Shown: piece after piece, positions 10,740 through 24,213 of the stretch
Numbering within the stretch: position 1 is the first letter of the stretch
Layout: every line of letters starts with the position of its first letter
Assembly (NCBI GenBank): GCA_030390025.1
Contig: CM059432.1
Location: 90,646,001 to 90,710,000 of the forward strand
Reading direction: 5' to 3'
DNA: 64,000 bases
Source: Squalus acanthias
Taxonomy: Eukaryota
The notes under the pieces: generated by a model
What the model saw: only the letters and a program-made list of their open reading frames with translations
The model's database searches: none
What the model was told of the DNA's origin: nothing
Made by a program: the position numbers and the translations under genes

Positions 10740-13727
10740 GAATAAGAAGATTAATTAGCAATCTCATTGTAAAGGATCCTCTGGGGCAGAGTGATCATAA
10801 TGGCCCAAAAATTAGTGCCGCTACGCGAGAGTACGCACTGCGTACTCTCGCGTATTCTGTCTCCAATTGCCGGTTTTCTGCATGCACTGCGCATGCGCTG
10901 AAAACCGGCACTTGGTGAATGGAAAAGGGGGCGGGTCCTAGGTGAACCGCGTGCGCGCTACAGGCTGCGCGCACGCTGTGCACTTAGTGGTTTCAACGCG
11001 CAGGTAAGTATGGAAGATTCTACACATAAAAAAAGGAGGAGTAAGACCCACTTTTAACAAGGTAAGTAGTGAATTAAGTATTATTTTGAATTGTTTTTAA
11101 CAGGTATATCTTTTTTAGAGACTTTAAAGACAGGTAAGTTTATTTTTATAACTTTTTAAAAGATTTTAAATTTTTTCAAAAATTTAATTTTTTATTTAAA
11201 TTGGTTAATTTATTTAACTATACTTATTTTATTAATGTGATGGTTTTTTTTTAAATTTAATTGAGGTTTAGCAGTTCTTTTGGGGGGCTATAGTATTCAT
11301 AACTTTCACAGCACTTATGTGAAAGTTATGAATGGAAGATGGTGTGCTGCCATTGGCTCTAACTGAGTCACGTGATCCCACAGCTCGCACGAATTAACTA
11401 CGCCGGTGGGATACGCAAGCCCAGCACAGCAGCTGTCCAGAACATCAAGTTCGTGCGAGCTGGAACTGAAAAAGCCAACGCGCAGTGAGAGATCGCGGGG
11501 AGGCCTTACCCTCGCACGAAGGCTTCCTCACGAATTTTTGGGCCAATATGATAGAATTTCACATTAAATTTGAGAGTGCCTTGCCTAAGTCCGAAACTAG
11601 AGTATTAATCTTAAATAAAGCCATTTACTGTACATAGGTATGAGGGGCGAGTTGGCGAAGGTAGATTGGAAAAATAGATTAAAAGGTATGGCGGTAGATA
11701 AGCAGTGGCTAGCATTTAAAGAAATAATTCATAATTCTCAAAAATATATTCCATAGAGAAACAAAAACTCCACTGGAAAAGTGATCCAACTGTGGCTAAC
11801 TAAAGAAGTTAAGGACAGCATTAGATTGAAAGAAGAAGCTTATAATGTTGCGAAGAATAGTAGTAAGCCTGAGGATTGGGAGAGTTTCAGAAACCAGCAA
11901 AGGATGACCAAAAAATTGATAAAAAGGGAAAAAATAGAATATGAGATAAAAATAGCAAGAAATATAAAAACAGATTGTAAGAGCTTCTACAAGTATGTAA
12001 AAAGGAAGAGACAGGTGAAATTATTATGGGGAATAAGGAAATGGCAGAAACGTTAAACGAATATTTTGTAGCTGTCTTCACAGTAGAAGACACAAAAAGC
12101 ATACCAAAAATGGTGGGGAACCAAGGGTCTAATGAGGGTGAGGAACTTAACATAATTAATATAAGTAGAGAAAAAGTACTAGAGAAACTAATGGGACTAA
12201 AAGCCGACAAATCCCCTGGACCTGACGGCCTACATCCTAGGGTTCTAAAAGAGGTGGCTGAAGAGATAGTGGATGCATTGGTTTTGATTTTCCAAAATTC
12301 CCTAGATTCTAGAACGGTCCCAGCGGATTGGAAGGTCGCAAATGTAACACCGCTATTCAAGAAAGGAGGGAGAGAGAAAGCAGGGAACTACAGGCCAGTT
12401 AGCCTGACATCAGTTGTTGGGAAAATGCTGTAATCCCTTGTTAAGGAAGTGGTACCAGGGCACTTAGAAAGTCATAACATTATTCTGCAGAGTCAACATG
12501 GTTTTATGAAAGGGAAATCATGTTTGACAAATTTATCAGAGTTTTTTGAGGATGTAACTAGCAGGGTAGATAAAAGGGAACCAGTGGATGTCGTATATTT
12601 AGATTTCCAAAAGGCATTCGATAAGGTCCCACATAAAAGGTTATTACACAAGATTAGGGCTCATGGGGTTGGGGGTAATATAGTAGCATGGATAGAGGAT
12701 TAGTTAACGGACAGAAAACAGAGAGTATGGATAAACGGATCTTTTTCAGGTTGGCAGGCTGTAACTAGTGGGCTGCCGCAAGGATCAGTGTTGGGGCCTC
12801 AGCTATTTACAATCTATATTAATGACCTAGATGAAGGGACCGAGTGTAATGTATCCAAGTTTGCTGATGTTAGAAAGGTAGGTGGGACAGTAAGCTGTGA
12901 GGAGAACACAAAGAGTCTACAAAGGGATATAGTTAGACTAAGTGAGTGGGCAGTAAGGTGGCAAATGGAGTATAATGTAGGGAAATGTGAGGTTATTCAC
13001 TTTGGTAGGCAGAATAAAAAAACAGAATATTTTTTAAATGGTGAGAAACTTTCAAATGTTGGTGTTCAGAGAGATTTGGGTGTCCTCGTGCAAGAAATAC
13101 AGAAAGCTAGCATGCAGGTACAGCAAGCAATAAGAAAGGCAAATGGCATGTTGGCCTTTATTGCAAGGGGGTTGGAGTATAAGAGTAAGGAAGTCTTGCT
13201 ACAATTGTACAGGGCCTTGGTGAGACCACACCTGGAGTACTGTGCACAGTTTTGGTCTGGGATGAGAAGGCTGTCCTATGATGAGAGATTGTGTAGAATG
13301 GGCCTATACTCTCTGGAGTTTAGAAGAATGAGTGGTGATCTTATTGAAACATACAAGATTCTGAAGAGGATTGACAGGGTAGATGATGAGAGGTTGTTTC
13401 CCCTGGCTGGCGTGTCTAGAACTAGGGGGCATAGTCTCAGGATAAGGGGTCAGCCATTAAAGACCAAGATGAGGAGGAATTTCTTCGCTCAGAGGGTTGT
13501 GAATCTTTGGAATTCTCTACCCCAGAAGGCTGTGAATGCTGAGTCTTTGAGTATATTCAAGGCTGAGCTAGATAGATTTTTGGACTCATGGGGAATCAAG
13601 GGATATGGAGATCGGGCGGGAAAGTGGAGTTGAGGTCGATGATCAGCCATGATCTTATTGAATGGTGGAGCAGGCTCGAGGGGCTGTATGGCCTACTCCT
13701 GCTCCTAATTCTTATGCTCTTATGTTA
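10740..13727 (+). mobile_element. 5'-truncated CR1 LINE ORF2 plus tail, interrupted by MITE 10802-11544
   Basis: KDPLGQSDHN|MIEFHIKFES rejoined across the MITE; ORFs 12026.., 12449.., 12788.. carry RT motifs; canonical tail. Confidence 0.93.
10802..11544. mobile_element. Harbinger-type MITE, same family as 1115-1877, opposite orientation
   Basis: Perfect 12-bp TIR GGCCCAAAAATT / AATTTTTGGGCC; AAT TSD (10799-10801, 11545-11547). Confidence 0.92.
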
Positions 13728-13984
13728 ATTGGAATTAATTTTATATTTTATAATCCGTGTTTTTGGTAGGACCATTTTCTAACTTTTTCTGAGGCGATAT
13801 TGGTGCTAAAAGTGGTACATATTATGGATTTGTGCTTGTATTTGCACTTTTCAATAAACAAAATAAAATAGAAATCAGCTTATTTTTTTCTTTTTAATGT
13901 GACCGAATCTTGATATAGAAATCTGGTGGCCAAAGATATATCTACTGATATATTAATCCTAGTTTGATAATATTAGATGGAATT

Positions 13985-14108
13985 AGATGGAGCGGGCAGG
14001 GAAGTGGAGTTGAGGCCAAGATCAGATCAGCCATGATCTTATTGAATGGCGGAGCAGGCTCGAGGGGCCAAATGACCTACTCCTGCTCCTATGTCTTATG
14101 TTCTTATG
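13985..14108 (+). mobile_element. CR1 3' tail-only insertion ~65 nt upstream of exon B
   Basis: ggagcgggcagggaagtggagttgagg...gatcagccatgatcttattgaatggcggagcagg...tcttatgttcttatg. Confidence 0.85.
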
Positions 14109-14172
14109 TTTAATTATTCAGCTTATAGTACTTGTGTTAATCCTATCCACATTGTTTTGTTTGGATAATCAG

Positions 14173-14256
14173 GTCAGCAACAGAGATCAGATTATTCTAA
14201 AACTGAAGACTGACTTGAAAACTGCACAGGAGAAATATACAGGTTCACAGGAAGAA
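14173..14256 (+). CDS. Internal coding exon B (VSNRDQIILKLKTDLKTAQEKYTGSQEE, 28 aa)
   Basis: T-rich tract then aatcag acceptor, donor GAA|gtatgt; 84 nt, phase 0/0; lies in ORF 14098..14295. Confidence 0.85.
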
Positions 14257-14592
14257 GTATGTATCCTTTTGTTTTTTCTTCAGCCAGCAGGATAACGTTT
14301 CAGTAAAATGTCATAGTTTTAACATTTATGTCAAGTTATGTATGTTGGAACAAAGCATCTTCTTTATGTTTTGATTTACTTTTGCAAACATTGATTGTTC
14401 TTCAATCATTTAACTTCCTCTTACAATTCATTTGGCTGTTATCCACCTGAAAGGAAAGTGCCCCACCTTCTCCACTGGAGTACTGTCCTTTTAGCAGTGC
14501 CATATAGCAGAGCGTTTTGTTGTATTCCTCCATCCCCACTGTGTATGTGTATATATACAGACATCATTCTGGAAGCATATCTCAAATCTTTT

Positions 14593-14910
14593 GAGGGAAA
14601 AATTGGGTTGTTTTGCGCCTCCCACAAATCCCCTAGCGCCCGGGTGCAGCGCCGCTAACGCCTCCTGTGAAATTCAGCGGGAGGTTAGCAGCAGCGGCGG
14701 TAACCGGTAGCGCCCCTTGCGCCCCCGACTTATCGCCGCACGTGGCGCTGTTGCACATAGTGCCGCGAACTTCAGTAGTAGCGTCCCAAGAAGGAGGTAG
14801 AGCGCTTCCAGTAGCGCCCTACCTCCTGCTTGGGGCGCTACTACTGAATTTATGGCGGAGGGGCGCTAACTTTTTTGGGGCCCAAAAGGGTGCCACCCAA
14901 TTTTTCCCCC
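14593..14910. mobile_element. GC-rich Harbinger-type MITE (short deletion form of the 25632/47882 family)
   Basis: TIR GAGGGAAAAATTGGGT / ACCCAATTTTTCCCCC; TTT TSD. Confidence 0.88.
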
Positions 14911-15019
14911 TTTGTCTCTGTCAGCAGAATTTCCACTATTGTCAGCACAGAAGGAAAAAAAACATCTGGTTTGACATAATGGCTCAAATGCAGATGGTAC
15001 AGTGGACTGCAGCAGAATG

Positions 15020-15924
15020 AGGGCATTACATAGGAATTATGACTGCTGCCAGGATACCGAGCATTGACCTGCATGATGTGCTGAGAATGGTGGCACACCA
15101 GCTGGACATTGAGGGAGTGGAATCCCTTCCAGTTGCGCTACATCTCCGAATTGACATGCGGCGCCCGCAAAGCGACGTGTGTGCAGTCAATGGCAATCAC
15201 TCCGCCTGCTTCTCTCTAGCAATAGAGAATGAAATGTATTCAGCTCTCTTTGCATATAGTGCCTCAGTGACCTCCTTTATACAGCAGTGGACGGCGACAT
15301 GGGAGATGGTGCAATTATCACCTGCTCCAGCCTGGAAGGAGCCCGACGCATAAAAGTTCATGGCCACGGTCACCTTGACAGGCACTGGCAATGTGGTCCT
15401 CGCCCTGCTCGGAGGCTGCAGTTCTGCCTGCAACAGGTTGCAGGTTTCAGTGAGCACCTCCTTAGTGAAGCGGAGACATCGCGCACACTGCTGCTCACTG
15501 AGGTTGAGGTAGGAGAATTGCTCCCTGAAGACCGCTTCTCCCCCTCCTCCTCCTCCCTCTTCTGGCAGCTTGTCCTGCTGTGTGCCGACTGTGCTCATTC
15601 TCCCTGTCAGGCCAAGGGGGATACAAACTACTGCACCCATGTCTGAGCAACTGGTCTGAGCAGAAGCCTTGCAAGTCAGTACCAAATCCTTGAGCACGTA
15701 CCACACCACTCCCTGTAGACTTGCACGGTGATTGACGTCACTTTCTGCCTACTATGCATACTTCTGGTGCATGTTCCCTGTGCCGAGGCTAACGCCCCCA
15801 CTAAAATGGCGTCCAGTGCGGCCCGTACCAGAATTGTGCGCGCGCTGCTCGGACGCCATTTTGGAAACAAAATAGCACCTGTATCGCCGAAAAACGGGGC
15901 AATACGGAGCCGAATTTCACAGCC
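15020..15924 (-). mobile_element. Harbinger (HARBI1-like DDE) transposase pseudogene fragment with one terminus
   Basis: Minus strand gives [65 protein letters not shown], with a stop and a deletion. Confidence 0.9.
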
Positions 15925-15929
15925 ATAGT

Positions 15930-16290
15930 CTAGTCTGACACTTCAGTGCAGTACTGAGGGTGTGCTACAGTCTCAGCAATGTCATATTTTGGATGAGACC
16001 TTAACCAAGACCTTATCTGTTTGTTTAGATGGACATAAAATATCCCATGGCACTATTCAAAGAACAACAGGGACCAACATTTATCCCTTTGTTAATACCT
16101 CTGAAAACAAATTAGCTGGCTATTTATCTCATTGCTGTTTGTGGGACCTTGCTCTGCCCCAGTTGGCTGCCATGGTTGCCTACATAACAATAGTGACTAC
16201 AATTCAAAAATAATTTATTGGCTGTGAAGCACTTTTGGACGTCCTGAAAGTGTGAAGGGCACTATATAAATGGATGTTCTTCTTTTATTC
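15930..16290 (+). mobile_element. Deu-domain SINE body (SacSINE1/AmnSINE1-like), 5'-truncated
   Basis: cagtgcagtactgaggg...gatgagac...atcccatggcactatt...ctcattgctgtttgtgggaccttgct...gcactatataaatg tail; family assigned from recall. Confidence 0.65.
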
Positions 16291-18731
16291 TCACATTTGT
16301 TTCACTTTCCTTTTGAATTTTACTGGCTGATTGAATGTGGACACTCTTTTATTCATAACACCATGAGAATCATACAGTCCTACCATGATTGCTAAAATTC
16401 CAACCACTTTATTATCAGATATAGAATATTCCGCTTTGATGAAAAACTGAACACAGTTTGGTTTATCCGAATGCAGTTACATTTTACTTGTTGCCGTTTT
16501 GCAGCTTAGAGCAGAAAGGACTTATTTGTCTATTTTCCCACTGTTCCAAATAGAGACAGCTGTGAGCTGCTTTTTAGTGATAATAATGAAAGGTGTATAA
16601 ACTTCAAAGTAATTTCATAGCATATGACTTTGTAGTAACACCTAAAAGAGTACTGATTAAGAGTGTTAAAATACATCAATTTGAAGCATGTTGTGGTCAT
16701 CTGGTTATAAAACTGACGTACATAATAGATAAAGGATAATCAATGGCAATATACAGGTTGTATACACATTTTGCTATAGACAGCAAATGAAATGAAGGAA
16801 CATTGTCTTACAGTAAAAAGCAATTGCCAGTGACCTGTACAATTGATTAACAGTGACATTTATCTTCCAAGCCTAACTTTTAAGTCACTATTGAGATGTA
16901 AGTGAATGTGACAACCATATATTTCATGTGAAGTGATAACTCAAATATAACTCCATGTAATTTAAGTAAAACCAATATTGTTTTTTTACAGTTGTATTTA
17001 ATATTTCAGGGAAGAATAAGCACTCTTGGGCTTAATAAAATGTCTAGCATTCTTTTCCTGAAAATTTGATCAGACGTAAAATCTACTTAACTGTAGTTGA
17101 GCAATATCATGCAGTTGCATTTCTAAATATTTTATCATACAGAAATGAAATCAAGCTGTCTGTTTTACACCAGCAGAAGACAGTAAAATCTTTCCCTAAG
17201 TAAATTTCAATAAGTATTGTACTATCAAAGATATTTTTCTGTCCATGTACAGTCCAACAAAGATAATATTGATACAAAAATACAAACAACTCTACAGACC
17301 ATTGTCAATATAAAACAAAAATGATGACTCACTGTAGCAGTTTTGGTCTTCAAATAATCAATACATTTGGTATCATCTGACAGAGTAAGAAACACCGGCG
17401 AGCCGAGGTTCTAGGTAAGGAAAGCTAAAATGAATAGGCAAGTCAGTCAAAATGTCATTAGAAAAAGGGTGATCAACATGCGAAACAAGCTGCCAGCGCA
17501 GGTGGTTTAAAACTTAAAGCTTTCAAAAAGGAATAGGTGAGTTCCAGATATCTGAAAAGATCCATCATCATGATTATTTGAAGGAAATAGAGATAAAAGG
17601 GAAAATTGGACAAGTTGGATCGATGGTCTTCTGCCTGACCTACATTATACTGTCACTTTTAGAAATTTGTACCCTGAGTGGTCAAATGATCTGTTCCCCA
17701 CTCAGTCAAGCCATGCCCTTGGATCTTTGCTTGGATGAGACAACACTGAGACCCAAGCAACAACAAGAACACTGAAATGCAAGGGTAAACAAAAGCATCT
17801 CCAAACCACACCGGGTAGGCTGGCGGAGAACTTAGTATGTGGAAATTGAGGAGTAGAGGTTCAACTTGCCGTCCACGTGTAAAACTGGAGTTGTAAATCA
17901 GCTGACCATTATAGAAATAGCCTGATTTTCATTTCCATTGACAACCTACCCCTGAATGCCTTTCAAAAGAAGTGCCTATTTAAAAAATATCTAGCAAGGA
18001 TCAGTTAAGGCTTTATTTGTGTTTCAGTTCCCAGTAAAGCAATAGCACTGAAAATAAATAAGGGGCAGCCACAACTTATTAATGATCTTTTATTCCATTC
18101 ACATTTCAGTAGCTAGAAACATATTTCATCTGTATATTGATTTTGGCAAAACTTAGCGTGGAAGTCCAAAGAGAGAGGTGTGAGAGACTTCCCAATTTTT
18201 ATGGGAGGATAGTGACTGGCAATGGCTTAGATGAATGACAGAGAATTCATGAGGTGGAACACAGCCTGGCCTGTGAAAATGATTGGCTCACTAATGGGGC
18301 GTGGAGAAGCAGACATGTTATGGGCTGCAACTCTTCCCACTCAGCTCCAAATAGCTCTGCAGCTGGTGACCTAATGATAGAGTAGTCCGAGCTGGCCAAC
18401 CAGCAGCAGCTTACCATGGCCTGCACTAGACCATTGTAAGGTTTAAACTTAATAAATTCCACCTGTATCTCTATGCACACTTGTGGAGGCCTAAATCTTG
18501 GATCTTGCCAACCTATGCCTAAATTCTCTGGTCTTAGGTAAGTAGGATGTGTCTCTATTGGGGCTTCATATAAGTCAGATGGAAACTCTACACTTTTGTG
18601 GATTTATCAGTAGTCTGGTTTGGAGACTTAAGTACAATGATGGGTTTTTATGTATGCCAACCACCCAGCTGACAAAAAATAATAATGTTGTGTAATGTAA
18701 ATCACATAAATGATTTATTTTTAATAAACAG

Positions 18732-18899
18732 TTTGGTGTTCAGGAAGCTGAGATCAACAGGCTTAATGAAAAATTGAAAGATCTGCAGAATGAAATTTGC
18801 AAACAAAGGAACATTGGCAATGTACAGGAAGATCAGCTGAGCCAGGCTGGAAAGTCAATTCAGGGATTTGCACATGAACGGGAAATGCTCATGGAAGAG
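18732..18899 (+). CDS. Internal coding exon C (FGVQEAEINRLNEKLKDLQNE...REMLMEE, 56 aa)
   Basis: Acceptor ...aataaacag, donor GAG|gttggt; 168 nt open, phase 0/0; coiled-coil pattern. Confidence 0.85.
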
Positions 18900-19080
18900 G
18901 TTGGTAGAAGACAAAGTAGGCTATTGCACATTTAAATTACTGAGTGTAACCAGGATTTTAGACAGTTATTCAAAAAGTACTTTATAATATTGAAGTCTTT
19001 GTATGAAAAATAACTTTGGAAATGACTGTCAAAAAGGTCTGTCTTCCTATTTTCTTCATTAATATAATGTCTACTTAGCT

Positions 19081-19944
19081 TAGGCTGACCAGATGTCCCC
19101 ATTTTCCGGAGACAGTCCCTGGATTTGGGAATGTGTCCCCGGCAAACAATGTCCCTGGAAGAATCGCTGGTTTAAAAATCTCGTCCCCAATACTGAGTCT
19201 TTGGCTGTTTCAATGCTAATGCACAGAAACCCGTTTCTCAGAAATTCCCGGCTCGTTTAAGTTCAGGAATTAATTCCTGGAGCAGGTTGAATGGAGGCGT
19301 CAATGGTGGCCCACTGACCCACAATGCAATTCGGCTGTGAAAAGGCCCTATCTATAGCTCTGGCCACACTGCACTGTAGGGGATTGAGTCACCTGATCAG
19401 AGCTTTATCCACTGGTGACTGGCTAGAGGGCGGGACCTTCAATTGCTGGAGAGAAGCCAAGTGAGTGGAGAGAGCTGGTGAGTGAATCGATTTGATTTAT
19501 TTTACCAGTTTATCTGTATGGTGCATTGTGGGGTTTTTTGTTGAATAAGGGAAGGCAAGCTCTAAATTTTCCCACTGGGAAGAGGTTTGTGAATCTGAAA
19601 CCTTCTGAGACAGAGGGTGTTTCATGGAAAATCTCAGTCTGTTGGGAACAGATTTAAAATTGAGAAATTAAAATTTAGGGTATTCCGGGACGAATAGATG
19701 GTACATCACTATTGCCAGAACACACGCAAGATTTGTGATTCGGTGTATCTAAGCTGCGCAGTCGCGCAGCTGTCTACCGGTCCCACACAGCCCGGGACCG
19801 GCTTTTCCAATGTGAAATTTCGCGCATGCGCAAAACTTTGAATGGACTGCGCAGCCCGTTAAATGGGACGCGCACCCAAAAAAAATTGCGGGGGAGCATT
19901 GCCAGTGTGTCTCTGGATTTGGTTTTGAAAATATGGTAATCCGA
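19081..19944. mobile_element. hAT-type non-autonomous element, with a second MITE nested at ~19740-19901
   Basis: Exact 8-bp TSD ACTTAGCT (19073-19080, 19945-19952); decayed TIR TAGGCTGACCA / TGGTAATCCGA; nested piece is the reverse homolog of 22081-22222. Confidence 0.8.
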
Positions 19945-20322
19945 ACTTAGCTTCCTATACTGGTCCATTAATTGCTTGCCGATATCAGGTTCCACACGGA
20001 ACCAGTCACCCTCCAGTAGCTCCCCTAGATGGCCATTATTCAGTTGTGAGCCTTGACAGTTGATGTTGGTTGGCTATTCAGCACAGGGGCATGATAGCCA
20101 AGCCTGATTCTGGCCTCAATTGACATCCACGCACATGCTCCACCAGCAGGGGTCTCTGGAGAGCATTTGGGGGGGAACTGATATTCCCCTTCCTAACCAA
20201 GGCGCTAAAGAAGCTTAGAAATGATGCAGAGTGCATCGACATTTTAAACTGTTTAAATTGTAGAATTTCATGCTATAGAGGAATATCTATTTGGTAAAAT
20301 GCAATTTTTAAAAAAATTATAG

Positions 20323-20565
20323 ATACAAACCAATAAAAAAAATATAGCACAATTGCACAACGATTTGGATGTCACAAAGCAATCTTACAATGACGACTTA
20401 GAACGATGGTCACAGAGGTCCTTTCTGTTGCAAAAGGAGTTGGATTCAACCACAGTTGAATTACAGGATACTCTTGATAAACTGAAAGAACGCAAGACAA
20501 TAGGAATACAACTCAAAGAAGACTTGGAAAAAACAATGCATCTTCATCATGAGACTGCAAACCTA
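20323..20565 (+). CDS. Internal coding exon D (IQTNKKNIAQLHNDLDVTKQ...HHETANL, 81 aa)
   Basis: Acceptor ...aattatag, donor CTA|gtaagt; 243 nt, in frame with ORF 20353..20625. Confidence 0.85.
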
Positions 20566-21358
20566 GTAAGTGATAAAGAAAACCCTGAATATATTATGAA
20601 GAATCAGCCATTAACTTTTGACTAAATCTTTCTCAAATGATTTTTTTTACTACAGTGATTCGGCTCAACCTTCTAAACTAAATATTCACTTCTGTATATT
20701 GTCCTTACTACTGTCTTTATACATAAGTATTGAAAAAAGAAAATTTTCATTTAAATTCAAACTTTGGATTTACAAAGGGGAGTTACAGTTGGAGGATTTT
20801 AACAATTGACATCAGTCGGGGCATCCCACAATTGGGAAATAGAAAGCCATCTATCTTGTTCTGTAGCTGTTTCAGAGGAAGGTAGAATTACAGTGAAGTT
20901 GCTGCAAACATAAATTGCACGTGTTGATATTTTTCCATTTATTAAAACACAATTTCTCCCTAACAAACAATTACTGTCTAACACAAATATTGGTGCATAA
21001 CTGTATATTCATTCAAATAAATTTTCTCCTAAGTGGTATAATTTATAAAACCTATTGGTTGGTTGTTCTAGTTAAACAAATAGTAAGCACATCCTATTTA
21101 AAGTGTCAATTGCTAACACCAGCAACAGATCTGCAATGTAAATGTGTCAATGTTTTACCTCTGACTTCTGTCTGGACTAGTCTGTGTGTTTAAATGAGCA
21201 GAAATGTGTTCCTTACACAAATGATTTCTAGAGGATAAAATTAAAGATTTCAAATGTATCCATTAATCTAATCTTTATCTGGAAAGCCAAACAGCTCCAA
21301 CACAAGCCAATGGAAAATGGGATTGCCTTCTAACAAAGCAAAGTATTTGTTTCTATAG

Positions 21359-21589
21359 GTTGAACAACATGAAGACACCATCCAAAAACAGAATTGTGAG
21401 AATTTGCATTTAAGAGAGCAGATTGACCTTCTACGGTATAAAGCTACAGAAAGTCACAATCAGGCAAAAGTCTCTGAATCTACTGCAGATCTGTACAAAC
21501 AGAAATATCAAACAAGCACAGATAGAGTACAAGATCTAGAGAAACTTGTGCAGCGCCTTGAAGAAGAAACAAAAGATTCAAGTAATCAG
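21359..21589 (+). CDS. Internal coding exon E (VEQHEDTIQKQNCENLHLREQ...ETKDSSNQ, 77 aa)
   Basis: Acceptor ...tttgtttctatag, donor CAG|gtatat; 231 nt, in frame with ORF 21404..21607. Confidence 0.88.
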
Positions 21590-22080
21590 GTATATTATCT
21601 TTTATGAGTAGTTCTGTTTTGCTACTAGATTGCATTACTAATCATATTAATGATATGTTTAAGTTACAAAATCTCAGTACATAAAACCATGCACTTATAT
21701 TACTTTGCAATCAGCACCAATGCAAAACAAGAGGGACAATCTATCGGGTACTCCTTCTTCTTCATCACCTGGGCAGTAATCTAGCAGAGCAAATTACCCA
21801 TCTGTTACAGAACGTTTCTTGATTTTCATTCTGAAAATCAGGTGGGTTCTATAACGGGTTGGTTGCTAAACTATCCCATCGATGCCTCTCTTGCAAAAGA
21901 CAGTCTGAAGTACTCATTCACTGCTGTATCTTCTGCCCTAGGAGATTCTTGCAATATATGGCTGGCTTTAGCGAGACAGCCACTGAGATGTTTCTTCAGG
22001 TTGTGTTACTGATCTTGACACTGATAGAGGCATAACAGAAGCTCAGAGGTACTTTGACATCATGAATGTATGGTACCAAC

Positions 22081-22222
22081 CAATGTTCTGTTTAATTTTT
22101 TTTGGGTGCGCAGCCCATTCAAAATACTGCGCATGCACGGCTTTTCCTATTTAAAAGCCGGTGAGCCGGCTGTGCAGGAGCTGCAGAGTGCTGCGCAGCC
22201 GTGCAGCTTAAAGGGAACATTA
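22081..22222. mobile_element. Short hAT-type MITE
   Basis: TIR CAATGTTC / GAACATTA; 8-bp TSD gtaccaac / gtgccaac. Confidence 0.8.
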
Positions 22223-23101
22223 GTGCCAACAGTTTCACATGTAGCCACATGAGCTACAGGAAGAGTATTGTTGGGTGTATTTTTCGCTGTGTAAAGTTAA
22301 AAAACTTTTTTTACTTAAATTCAGCAGAAGATATCTTCCTTAACTTTACGACACATAGCAAAATTGAATTTTCAGAGGAAGGGGGAGGCGTATGACCTGA
22401 AGGAATTCCGAGCAGTACCTGAAACTTGTCTTCACCGCTCTTATGCTCCTGATTACGCTCACAATTCTGTTAATGCATATATTGTTTCATGTTTAAGAAT
22501 TAGATTCCAGAACATTGTGCTGCTAATAGGGACTTGACTAGCAACCTTTCATGTGACAATATGCTTTTCACTTTATAATGGCTCCCTAAATGTATGATTT
22601 TTTTTGGAGTCAGATTGCGCAGATCTGGTGGGCAGCAAAATGCAAACACAGCAGGACCGATTTTCCTGTCTAGAATACTGATGTGTGTCAGTTCACAGGG
22701 TGTTACAGACCAGAAAAAGGGCAGTGAAAGATGTTTATCCTTTTTTCACGTGATAAGGATTTCTAACAGGCAAATAAAATGTAAATAATACATAGGCAAA
22801 ATAATAATGCCTACTGTGTTATTTTCCTGTCTTCATGCTTTGCACATGGCAGTAATATATTGGGCACTCAGAGTTTCTGGATTGCACCTTTTAGACTAAT
22901 AGGAATCTAATGGGGAGGGCAGCAACTTCCATTTTGAATTTAATAGTAGTTTTTGAGAAATTTTTCAGCAAATTAAAAGCTTTGTGCCACACATGCTTGG
23001 GATCAAGGGAATTTTTAGACCACATTTGGCGTTCCAGTTTGGAGCTACCACCATAAGCTTTGAATAATTGGTATCCCCTTCAGAATACCACTGTACATGT
23101 G

Positions 23102-23718
23102 GGCCTGGAGTTTCCGCTAGGTTGTGCTGGTTTTGATAGTGCAATTCGTCTGAAATCGGCCAAACCAGAGCAAAAGTTTGAGGAGGTTCAAGCGCAAATT
23201 ATGTCCAGCGCACATCGAGTTTCAGCAAACTTTTGCATTGGTTTAAAAAACATCGCACTGGAAGCCGGCCCCTCCCACAAAACTGGCCACACCCCCGATC
23301 TAATTAATCAACGTGGCGCGTTTCCGCTAATTGCATCCGTTTGCGAACCTTCGAGGAGGGTCTTAAAATTAAGGATCTTTTAAACGCAAAGTCACTAGGC
23401 ACCTTTTAAAAGCTTTTAAATATTTAAAAATAGTTAATTTACTCAGAAACTGACTACTGTACACTAATGAAACTAGTAAATGGTTCTGTATAGTATTTTT
23501 TAAGTTATTTTCAATTACTTAAAATCAAGTTACTACTTTTCAGCTGTATTAAGCAAACTGCACCAGATTACCACTCTTAAATATATCAAGGAATATTTTT
23601 TAATGCAAGATTTAAAAAAACAAAATTACATTCTAAAATGCTGCCCGATTGCACTGGTTCATGGAAGATTTTACGTTCAGCAATATGCAAATGAGTTTGA
23701 GCGGAAACTTAACCAGAA
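23102..23718. mobile_element. MITE arm homologous to 39733-40474, cut by a Harbinger insertion
   Basis: GGCCTGGAGTTTCC terminus; shares ggcccc.cccacaaaactggccac.ccc and gctgcccgattgcactggttcatg blocks with 39733-40400. Confidence 0.75.
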
Positions 23719-24127
23719 GGGGGGAATTTTTATTTGCAAGAGGAAGTGGGTTTGGGAGCGGGTGGGGGGTTAAAAGCGCTGAAATTGACAGCGCGCTGGG
23801 CAGCCGGCTCCGGCCTGCCAACTTCTGCATTTAACTGCAACACGTTAGGCTGCCGCGAGCAACCCCCATGGGAAAAGCGGGTTGTCATTTCAGGAGCGAT
23901 ATTAACATAGGTTTGCGGATTTAACTGTGGGTGCACTGGTTTCCCGGGGTTCCTGCAACTCGCCAGTGAAAGCAAGGCGAGAATACAGCGGCAATTGAGG
24001 GGGCTGAGGAAATGACAGGACAAAATTCCCATAAGTACTGAAACCTCACAGCTGCTTTCTTGCCTAATTGTGTGAAAAGGCTTTTGCTCACAGTACTTTT
24101 GCTGAGAGGTTATTTTCACGACTTTAC

Positions 24128-24213
24128 AGGTTACTTTCACTACTGGAGGTGACTTTCACTACTTTGGAGGTGACTTTCACTACTTTGGAGGTGACTTTCA
24201 CTACTTTGGAGGT
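24128..24213. repeat. 21-bp minisatellite (gactttcactactttggaggt) x~4
   Basis: Direct reading; lies in the transposase 5' leader. Confidence 0.9.

Noticed and set aside
24128..24213. Short direct repeats as a possible CRISPR array
   Set aside because: Head-to-tail 21-bp units with no spacers, no cas genes, eukaryotic context
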